A stretch of DNA of 64,000 bases, taken from assembly GCA_964035545.1 (NCBI GenBank), contig OZ037766.1, positions 32,106,773 to 32,170,772 on the forward strand, in the 5' to 3' direction. Of the stretch, positions 14,580 through 25,600 are shown piece by piece; position 1 is the first letter of the stretch, and every line of letters begins with the position of its first letter. This DNA is from Bugula neritina. Lineage: Eukaryota; Animalia; Bryozoa. The notes beneath the pieces are model-generated. The model searched no databases and was not told the DNA's origin. It saw only the letters and a list, made by a program, of their open reading frames with translations. A program made the position numbers and the translations under genes.

Positions 14580-17500
14580 ACAGTAGTAGTGGTACTACTG
14601 AAATTCTGTTGTAGCAATGTTCCACCCCCTGGAACGACAGCGCCCCTCTCACAAGCATCGTATCACCCCCCACAAGCTGCATTTCAGGCTCCCCCGAGAC
14701 AGATGTATGTTCCACCACCTCTACAGGCAGCAGCTCCCCCTGGTATGATGATGCCTGTACTCCCTTCCATGAGGATGCCACCTCCACAGATGAGGGGACC
14801 CCCTCCCGGTGGGTTGTAGTTACTCAGGCTATTAGTATAGTACACATTGGCTACAGTATAGTATACATTAGCTACACTATATAGTATACACTAGCTACAG
14901 TATAGCATACATTAGCTACAGTATATAGTATACATTAGCTACAGTATATAGTATACATTAGCTACAGTATAGTATACATTAGCTACAGTATATAGTATAC
15001 ATTAGCTACAGTATATAGTATACATTAGCTACAGTATATAGTATACATTAGCTACAGTATATAGTATACATTAGCTACAGTATATAGTATACATTAGCTA
15101 CAGTATATAGTATACATTAGCTACAGTATAGTATACATTAGCTATAGTATAGTATACATTAGCTACAGTATATAGTATACATTAGCTACAGTATATAGTA
15201 TACATTAGCTACAGTATATAGTATACATTAGCTACAGTATATAGTATACATTAGCTACAGTATATAGTATACATTAGCTACAGTATATTATTCTATAGCC
15301 CTGTTTCAGGTGCTGGATTTGCTGGACCACCCCCGGGCTTTACTGGACCTCCCCCTAACTTTGGGTTTACTCCGCCGGTAAGACCCGGCTTTGGCCCGGG
15401 ATTCCCTCCTACCAACATGCCACCTCCAGTGAGTCAGAGAAGCGCCATGCCTTCTGATTGGTCGCCCACTAAACCTGGCGACGATAGACAGAGGTGATTG
15501 GCTGATATCTGTGTAGTATTGCCAATGGAGAAGTGTATAGCTAATAACACTACTAATATAGTTCTGTGTTATAAAACAACTCGTGTGTCACAACTCTCAC
15601 AATTTTAGGAGTTATCCTAATTTTTTGGATTTTGTTCTAATTTCTAAGCTTCAGATTTTGATTTCATGTCCACTGAATATATCCCTCTATAGTATTCTCA
15701 CCCCTAGGGTACCTGTCCCTCTATAGTATTCTCACCTCTAGGGTACATATCCCTCTATAGTATTCACACCCCTAGGGTACCTGTCCCTTAGGTCATACAC
15801 AAAGTTAATTCTCCTCAGTACAGGTTTCATCATGTCTATTTTTGTCACGTTGAGTTTAAATGATTTCAAAGATGATAAACTAAGTGTTAGTGAATGATGC
15901 AAAACAGGAAATGAGGCGAATATTTGTGTCAGCTACCCCACCCATAGCATGAATACACTTCTCCATGTTTGAAAGTGAATTCTTATTTAAGTGGTTATAT
16001 TTCAGAGCTGATTGGCTTGATATGCCTCATTAGTGATAAACTTTATGATGTAATGAAGTTTTTCTCTTTTTGCACTGAATATCAAAATATATAATTTGTA
16101 GAAGTAGCGTCATAGTTTACTTATATTATATATTGTTGTTTGACAAACTAATAATATAGTCTTAGCACTGATACCCCCCCCCCCACCATCTAGAAGATGG
16201 AGAGGGGTGGTGCCTACCCGTCCCCATCTTCTCTCTACCAAATGACACTGGGTTCACAAGCTAACCCGTACTCTGTGTCTAATAGGCTAGTATTCAGTAA
16301 ACTGGAATTATCTGTCTTCTATTTGTAGTCCATCTCGCCACCAGATGTCTCCTGAACATCCTCCTGGTGAACCTCGGGGAAGGTCAAGGTCCCGAGAGCG
16401 AGAGAGGAGCGACAGAGATAGAGATCGTGGTGAGCGAGATCGGAGAGATCGAGGGAGGGACAGAGGGAGAGATCGTGGTGATAGAGACAGAGACAGGGGA
16501 GAGAGAGACTACAGAGATGTGGACATTAAATCAGAGAAAGTTGACCGGGACTACGAGAGAGATTACGAGAGAGAGCGAGATTATGAGAGAGATTACGAGA
16601 GAGACAGAACTCGTGACTACGAGAGAGACCGAGACTATGAGAGAGATCGAGAACGACGTCATCGAGATCGGGAGAGCAGAGAAGATCGTCATAAGAAGCG
16701 GTAAGTCGACCAATCACATTGCAGCTACTCGGCAAGCAGTTGTGTCGAGGGTTTGCAGCAAGTCATTGATTTGAGTCGTCGATGAAATTGCCGAGTCATA
16801 ATCTCTGCTTACAGTTTAACTTTTCTTCCCGGTAGTAATCTCGTGAGCTGATTACTGAGAGAGTTGAAACTCTGGTTGCTGATAAACACGGTCAATTCAT
16901 TTTATAGTAGCATAAATTCTCTCTCTCTTATCTCATTGCAGCACTTTTACATTCCTTGATTATATAATTGTTGGGGTTTGGGGAGAGAAATTGCTATTGA
17001 GCCAAGTCTATAGTTTAGGGTTGTCTGTATCAGATTAAGTTTTGTTTATGTTGAGGTGTTTGCAGCTGCTGAATGATAACACAGTGTGATGTGATGATGT
17101 CAAAACATGATAGTTTATCTGTTACTTCAAACTTGCGACATCATTGTGTTGTTCCTGGTTTGTTAATTATCATGAGATAACTGCTTATTCTCTTTCAACA
17201 CCTTGTCAACCTTATACTTACTATAGGCTGGTGGAGGAAATAATATACTCACGGCTTCCCCCTTCTGCTGTTTGTGGAATTGGAATTCAGTTGTCCTGCA
17301 GTTTTCTGTGTGACAAACTACAATTAGTGAATTAATCTAAGTTTATGTTGAAAGATGTTATAATATAGGAAATACACTCGAAATAGAGTCGTGTGACAGA
17401 TTAAAAGTTTCCTGGTTATTATATGTCTTTCCCTCTCTGATAGTTCTGAGGAGGGAGGAATCTTTGTTTCGAATTCTTCAAAAGGTTGTTAGAAGTTCAA

Positions 17501-17887
17501 CCATTCTCTCGCCTAAACAGTTCATCCTATTAGATCGGTAAATGTTGGCTGTAACTGCTTCTATACAAGTTCCGATTGTTTCAAATGTGATACTATCTAG
17601 TATGTAGTCAACTAGTGTGCGTTGTGTGTGGTTGGGGGCCATCTTGTTTATGTGTAGTTAGGGGTCATCTTGTTTATGTGTAGTTAGGGGCCATGTTGCT
17701 AAGAAACAGGTGATTCATCTGTTGAGGAATACTGCTGTGCTGTTAAGAATGTTTACCTGTTGCTAGGAGACACAGAGATGAAGATGACGAGGAATATAAG
17801 AGTAAATCTGAGCGTTCAGACAAGGACAGAGATAGACATAAAAAGAGTAAAAGATCTCGTAGGGATCATGAAGATGAGCCCAGCTAG
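10406..17887 (+). CDS. FIP1L1: Pre-mRNA 3'-end-processing factor FIP1
   Basis: Exons 10406-10487, 11996-12278, 13091-13275, 13595-13743, 14054-14159, 14246-14336, 14615-14808, 15310-15493, 16329-16700, 17767-17887. Motifs: N-terminal DESWLYG, acidic DDDVQITIGDIKTG, Fip1 motif [22 protein letters not shown], Pro-rich region, C-terminal RD/RE dipeptide domain. Confidence 0.95.
12281..12825. repeat. 39-41-bp minisatellite with an embedded (CT)n tract, starting at the FIP1L1 exon 2 donor
   Basis: Unit gtgcattcttccagctctccctctct(gt)gtaacagtgaaca, about 12 copies. Confidence 0.92.
13305..13560. repeat. 20-bp minisatellite agtaaatactgacaccttgt, 12+ copies, filling FIP1L1 intron 3
   Basis: Exact 20-bp period. 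Confidence 0.93.
14368..14590. repeat. (GTA/GCA)n trinucleotide microsatellite, FIP1L1 intron 6
   Basis: Direct reading. Confidence 0.95.
14830..15286. repeat. 21/23-bp minisatellite gtatacattagctacagtata(ta), FIP1L1 intron 7
   Basis: About 20 tandem copies filling almost the whole intron. Confidence 0.93.
15680..15790. repeat. 34-bp unit x3, FIP1L1 intron 8
   Basis: tccctctatagtattctcacccctagggtacctg repeated. Confidence 0.8.
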
Positions 17888-19562
17888 TTGGCCTGTTATT
17901 CTACTGTTTGCAGCTTTGTCTCTGTTCGAGCATTAAGGCAACGGTCTCCTGTCATCTAGACTTACTGTTGCCTCTGTACACTGATTATATGATTGGTTGG
18001 GTGTTGCCTCTGTACATAATGATAGCTAGTAGGCAATGTAATAGCACTATTGTATAAAACACTGTACAGTAAAGAATGTAATTCTCTGCTATATTTGTAA
18101 AAAATGTTTTATCAATTTAAAATTTTTATGCAAACAATTGCAAAATCTTATCTAATTTTTTGTTTGTTAACAAATGTATGACGTGGTGTTATTGCTGAGT
18201 TATTACGAATTTACTATAAATAATCATAGCTCTGATATTTTCCCTGCACACGTGTGGTGTATGTACATACCTCTGGTTCATAGCTAATTTGCTAGCCCCA
18301 GGTTTTTACTTTTGACATTCTCTAAAAACACGAGTCCTGCAATAAAGAATATTTTCCTATTCAAAGACTTTAGATATCTGAACATACAAGCTTAAGATTA
18401 CTAGAGATTTCACACTGGATCACTTTCTGTGTGAACAAATATCTCATATAAATTTCATACGAATTGTAGTCAACTAAACCATCTTTAAACCAATTTTAAA
18501 AAAAAAGAATCTCAAATACTTCTAAATTTAAAAGTAACAGTATTGAGATAAATTTTGTTTCATTATATAGCTGTTGTAAAAGTGTTTGCAATTTTTCTAC
18601 TTTTCAATACAGCCAGCTCTTAGAACAACAGGATATAATTAAATACAAATAAACTAGAAGTCGTGAAGGAAAATTCCACAACTAAATTCTATGCATCTCT
18701 TATGTAATTCATTTAATAGCCACAGGTATTATATTATTATTATTATTAGCTAGACCTGCCTTTGTCAATGCTTATGATAGTCAGTGAATAGCTAGAATAG
18801 CAGGCAGACTCGAAATAACTCATTACTGTGTCATGAACTGGTGAAGTTACAGTTAGTTTTGTTTTTATTGTATTGTAAAATTTGAAACTTAAATCATATA
18901 TACTGCTTGAAATGGTTGTTGATGTATGATTCAAGCTCACGGCTTGAAGTTTCAACTTGATTTTAAAACTGAGAAGCTGTTTGATTATCAGTAAAACTTC
19001 CCCATTCAACTGCAGTTTACTCACACCTCACTCTGGCTAGACTTGGTTGTAGTGTGCTTAGCCCAGCAAATCAATAAGTGTACCCCATGATTGATGACAA
19101 ATATTTCATAGCAAACATGCAAATCCTGAAAATTGTCCATTCACAAGTGATGGACTTTAGTCTAGGAATTTTACTAACAATTACTCATACTGCTGGGTGG
19201 TTATTCTCCCTCCCATGTTATAATAACAGTGATGATGATTAGAACAAAATTCCTTCACAATAAACAACACAGTTTACTATTTCATTGAAGAGTTAAACTG
19301 ACTTGTTTTTATCACAATCTTATGCTAACAACAAACACGAAGTTTCGACATCGCGTCATATCGATAAGCTATATTCACAATACATTATATTGAGTAGCAA
19401 TGCCTATATTATTATATACTCGCGTTACCATAGAAATGCTACTTATCGCAGTGTATGCCTGAGTTATTTTTATAACTGTGGGTGCTACTAGTTGACTTTC
19501 AAACTTTGTGAAAAGTTTATAGAACCCGGCTAAGTTCTGCTCTTTTCATCCCCTATTCATAA

Positions 19563-19596
19563 TATAAACAGGGTAACTATTAATTACTATTCATTC
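19563..19596 (+). promoter_or_regulatory. TATA box plus initiator core promoter of SLC6-B
   Basis: TATAAA at 19563-19568 and an Inr-type TCATTC at 19591-19596 (A at 19593, 30 nt after the TATA start), 28 nt upstream of the ATG at 19621. Confidence 0.55.
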
Positions 19597-19620
19597 GATG
19601 GTGAGCTACAGGCAAGAGAG

Positions 19621-22600
19621 ATGGCTACCTACAATGTATCACACGAGTTAGACAACGGCAAGAACGAGAAAGCTGTTGTGAAAGTAGAGAACATGCAGTT
19701 TGATGAAGAGGAAAATAATGGGACATCAGGTGACTCTATCCGTGTATTTCTTTCTGCATATGACTTGTTTTTCAATATTCAATTATATTTTATGTAGAGT
19801 TATGATGAATATTTATTAATTTATACAAATATAAGGGGAGATGCTTCTTTCAGCTCACCAAATTCTGTGTCTGCTGGATTCCATATGAATTACATAAATT
19901 TCAGCATTATAAGATATGCCTCATTACTGATTTCAACTTTGGTATTGCATTTAATACTCTCCCCTTCGTGATTTTAATTGCTGATTTTTGTGCTAGTATG
20001 GTAACACCCGTTAAAATGAAGCTTTATTTCAACAACACTACTTTCTTAGGTGCTTTTTGAAAGTATCTTTTAGCGATTTTAATATGCTCATCTATAAGAA
20101 CTTCTAGCTTTGTGCTGATAATACATAAGTCATAATGACAATGCATTTTTACATCTTTTTCTACAGTCTTTAACTTCCTTAGTTACGGGCTGTCTCCAGC
20201 CCACCCAATTGCCCCTATTCTATATGTACTAGTTCTCTACTATTTATCCGTCTGCTTTTATGTTCTACTTTTTTTGCAGGCAACAAAAGAGAGACTTTCA
20301 ACAACAAAATAGACTTTCTCATGGCGTGTGTCGGATATTCTGTTGGTTTTGGAAATGTGTGGAGGTTTCCATATCTCTGCTACAAGAATGGTGGAGGTAA
20401 GAAGAGAGACTGAGTTCTTTAGAACCTGTTCCTAGGATAAGGGTGTTAGGATAAGGGCACCGACCTATAGAATATTCCTGGTGGTGGTCCCAGGTTTATG
20501 GCGTATTCTGCGTTCAGATTTTGCTAGTGTCCTACAATTCAGACTAATACCAGGGGTGTAGCGGCAGGGGTATAATGGCGGGGGGGGGGAGGGTGTAATG
20601 GCAGGGGTGTAGTGAACCCAATTCTTGCACATATAAACTTAGAGAAGTAACTAGAAATAGTTTTCCCATTTGTCTATTGGTTTGCTAACTACACTAGCAT
20701 GAATAACAACTACATAGTTGGTGAAGGTAGTAAATTCATAAAAAAGCTAATTTATTATTCATGGTGGAAGTAGTTTGCACAATATAGACATGTGACCAGA
20801 GTTGAATGAAATGTTGTATAGTAGAGTAAGAGATGAACATTTTTAGTTCAAGTAGTTTATACTATTCTGTACAGTTCATACAAATGAGATACTGGCATAG
20901 CTTTGCAGAATTCTAATATATAACTGTTGTGATGTTTTATGCTGACATCACCAGCTATGCTGTCTGTCTGTCCAGGTGCTTTCCTGTTGCCGTATTTCCT
21001 GATGGTGATCCTAGCTGGAATCCCGATGTTCTTTCTAGAAGTTTCTATTGGCCAGTTCATGTCCGCTGGAGGTATTAAAGTCTGGAATATCAGCCCTCTG
21101 TTTAAAGGTTAGTCATCAGCCGCCCTATCTTTAAAGGTTAGTCATCAGTCGCCCTATCTTTAAGGGCAAGACCCTAAAATTCTCAACAAATGGTATGATG
21201 GTAGATCCTCTTAGAAGCAATTCATTGTTTAGAGTCATCTATCAACTTTTTGTATATTGTTATGATGAATGTGCAGTTTCCTTATTATTAGATTCAAATC
21301 TCTCATGTTCTAAGATTTCAGGGAGGGAAATATGTTGTTCCCTGGGATAATGATGATGCACTGATACATCTTGGTTGCAAAACATTTTGATAGCAAATTA
21401 GGGATTTTCTACATCCCCTTTGTTTCTGTTGTGTCATTGAGGTCAGGTGCAGTTACAGAAGTAGTAATAAATCAAAGCATTACGTAGACATATTGCTCAA
21501 GCTATATAGAACCTGGGGGCTAGTCGTTATGCATGAGAGAAATGCTGCATTACTGAAAGTATTTTATCCAGGATTTTTATCAAGTTATAAAATGACATAT
21601 TTCGAAACATTTCAACATTCCTAGTCAATTGGTATTCATTTTGAGATCAGCTTCTGATGTTTGGAGTACATCAACTCATAGCATACTCTATGCACTGGAA
21701 AGCTGAGCAAAAATATTGAAACAAAAACTAAAAGGGATAAATTTGATTTCATTTGGTAACATTCCGAAATTTTTTATTGCTTTACAGAGTCTTTTTTTCA
21801 ATTCTCAAACAATGTATTTATTTACTGCATTTGCAAGAGCTGGTAAACTGTTATGTAAAACGTAACTACCACCAACTGAGGTTTAACAGTGCTGCAGTTA
21901 GCTTTGCTAACTTAATAACCACTTTTGAATGTAAACACTTCAAAATTTTCCATTCTTTTCAATATTGCTAGATTTCTCCTGCCCCAATGTCCAGTCAAGG
22001 AGAATAATTACAGGTTAAACTATTAGACAAGTTATCAAACCATTCACTGCACCTGATAGAGCTTGTCTCTAACTCTGAGCTATTTTGATTTCGGCAAGTT
22101 TTAAGTTTTCAAGAGGCGACTGAGGATTTGAAGTTCAATGAAATACATAAAAAATTTAGAAAAATAATCTCTCTTTGTAATGAGGAATTACACTGTGTAA
22201 GTGATGTAACATTCCTTACATGTTGTAATTTCAATATTAGTTCATTCAAGTTTGCCTCCATTTTTGGCACTTTTCATATCGACCATGCTGATATCTACAG
22301 ATTTTGATGTGGATATCAGAATGACGAGTTCTTTGGCACAATGTTCTACAAATGAGTAAATGATTTCTTTTTAAGGACTATTTCCACATTTTTTATGACG
22401 TTTAAATCTAGCTACAGTAGTTTTCACTACTTCACCACAACCTTTTGAAAATGTTAAATACGCGTAGCCCTCTTTTCAGAATTATACAATATACTATACT
22501 ATACTATACTATATACTATACTATACTATACTATATACTATACTATACTATACTATACTATACTATACTATACTATACTATACTATACTATACTATGCTA

Positions 22601-25600
22601 TATACTATAGTATACTATATACTATACTATATAGTATACTATATACTATACTATATAGTATACTATATACTATACTATATACTGTACTATATACTGTACT
22701 ATATACTATACATACTATATACATACTATATACTATACTATACTGTACCACACTACAATACACTATACTATACTATACAATATACTAGACTCTGTACAAA
22801 GCTTAGAACATTTATAATTCACTGATTGCAGGTATTGGATTTGCTACCACCATCATTCTGTTCCTCCTCAACTGCTACTACAACGTCATACTGGCCTGGG
22901 CTCTCAGATATCTCTTTGCCTCCTTCACCAGCGTGGTGCCTTGGAGCACCTGTGACGGGCACTGGAACACTTTCCGCTGCACGTAAGTTGGCTCTCAGTC
23001 TAACACATCAGCTCTTTCATAGGTATAGCTCTTTCTATAGCTATTCTTTCAGGGACAAAACTGTCATCAGTGAAAACAGCCATTATTTATCTCAGGTTTC
23101 AGTGCTCATTTGTATCTTTTGTATTTTTTGTGTGAAGAAAAAATGGCGCCTAAACTGTGGGATCAATTAATTTTTCCTTGTATTTTGAGACTGGGAAATA
23201 GTTTTCGTTCAAATGTATAAAATATCAAACTTGTATCATTGAATGGAAAATGTTCAAACTTGAGTGCCTGTGTTCAAGATAGAAGGGTGCTTCTTCCCCC
23301 ACCCGCCTTTGTAGCTATCAGATCAATGGTTATACTTATGCAACCCTCCATACAACTAGCAGAGAAAGTGAAAGGAGAGTAACTTCTCTTACAACCCACT
23401 TAAGGGAAAGTCATTCACCCCCAAACTTAGGCTGGCAATTGTTCCTTTTGACATAAAATAAACCATTTTACTATCCTTTTGAGCTGCTTCAACAGTTTGA
23501 AGTTTTGAGTCCTAATTTAAGGTCATTCACTTTAATTTTTGAACTGAATTCAATAGAATTTGAATGCTAATTGTAACAAATCAAGTCATGTGACAGTCTG
23601 GTAGCCACACTCTTTAGCAAATGAGCAACAGGTCCCTGGAAGTGCTGTTAGCATAATTCCACAGGTGGTGCCTTATTGGGTAAATATTAACATTAGACTG
23701 TGTTTCTGCTGCTCTTTAACTTTTATTTGTTCAGCAAATAATCCAATTTTGAAGGTGGGTGTTTATACCCCTCCCCTTCCAATGTTGAGTGTGTCTGTAG
23801 CTTTGACATCAGCTAGAAATACAATAGCAGAGCTTTACTGATTTCAAAGTGATAAAAGGGCTAATCATGACATAGGGTGTATTTGCTCTTGAGAATGTTA
23901 TATTCATGTTGAGTGCTTCAAGGGGTTAGATTATCCTCGTTATAGGACTCCTGGGTGTAGTGTAACTGTGGATAAAAAATATAACTACGTATATTTGCTC
24001 CCCGCAATGACTTGCATTAGTTTCTGTCTTCTATTCATGTGCTATCATATGGCAACCAAGATTCGTATATCAACTGATTAAATCTGGAACTTCATTTTCT
24101 TTTAGCAAATCTTAGTTTTTCTGTCCGTTCACCTTGTAACTTATTGCTGTTTATAGCACAGACTGGGCGAAAGCGACCTCTGGCATGGTAAATACCTCAT
24201 TGGCGAATACCTCATTGGCGAATACCTCATTGGCGAATACCTCATTGGTAAATGGTACTGAAAACGAGATAATAATAGATTACTACACTGACCCTGCCAC
24301 AGAATACTGGATGTATGTTGTGATATTCATGCTTATATGACGAGATATTCATGCTTATATGACGAGATATTCATGCTTATATGTTGTGATACTCGTGCTT
24401 ATATGACGAGATATTCATGCTTATATGACGAGATATTCATGCTTATATGACGAGATATTCATGCTTATATGACGAGATATTCATGCTTATATCATATAAT
24501 GCTCATTCATACAATGTGAGATATTTGCTTTCATGATGCTACTGTATATTTTTATGGTTGAAGAGATTTAAAATTATGCAAACATTAATGAGTTATAAAT
24601 ATTGTATTGTTATTTGTTTTTTATTTCTCTCCTCTCAGGCACCATGTCCTAAATATAACGGACGGAATTGATCAGCCCGGAGTCGTCAAGTGGGATCTGG
24701 CCCTATGTCTGCTGCTGGCCTGGATTATTGTATTCGCTTGCATCGCTAAAGGAGTGAAAACCTCCGGAAAGGTATAGTATGGTGTTTGTTAGTGGGTGCA
24801 TTCGGACAACTAAACCGTGTTGCAACATCGTAGTGAGAGGAAAACTATACGTATAAAATGCAGTATATTGGTGTGTGCTTCAGGTGATGTATGTCACAGC
24901 TACGCTGCCCTACGTCTTCATGATCATTCTACTCATCAGAAACTGTCTGCTGCCAGGCTCCGGAATCGGCATCAAGTTCTATCTTACTCCTAATGTCACC
25001 AAATTACAAGACATGGAGGTAGATATTACTTAACCTCTACACTGTGTAACATTAACTTCTACAGTGTATAACATTAACTTCTACAGTGTATAACATTAAC
25101 CTCTACAGTGTATAACATTATCCTCTACAGTGTATAACATTGACCTCTACAACATATTAACAATGATCTCTTACAGACGTGGGTGGATGCCGGCACACAA
25201 ATATTCTTCTCCTACTCTATCGGCATCGGTGCGTCCACGGCCCTCGGCAGCTTCAACAAGTTCCACCACAACTCCTACAGAGATACCATTATATTCGCTC
25301 TCGTTAACAGGTTAGCTTGGTTCTGGTTTTTTAGCCTTTGTACCATTGTTTTGGGATGTGTTCATTGTAAGTTCAGTTACTTAAGTTGTCCTCTGGATTT
25401 AAGCCTCTTTTTTCTCTATGAAGGACAGATCCTTGGTTACAATGTGTTGTGCACAATGTGGCTTTCACAGCACACAAATCTGTTTACTGAAAGTGTAGAG
25501 ATCTTTGTGTGTTGCAGCGGCACCAGTTTCCTCGCTGGTTTTGTCATCTTTGCTATTCTCGGTCACATGTCGTACGAGCAAGGAGTGAATATAGCTGACG

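Noticed and set aside
14187-14819. Poly-Val / poly-Thr / poly-Leu ORFs
   Set aside because: (GTA)n microsatellite inside FIP1L1 intron 6; only 14246-14336 and 14615-14808 are exonic.
13305-15286. CRISPR-like appearance of regular repeats
   Set aside because: Head-to-tail repeats with no unique spacers, no cas genes, eukaryotic intron context.
15890-16012. Possible C/D snoRNA in FIP1L1 intron 8 (ATGATG...CTGA)
   Set aside because: Imperfect C box, no terminal stem and no recognisable rRNA guide.
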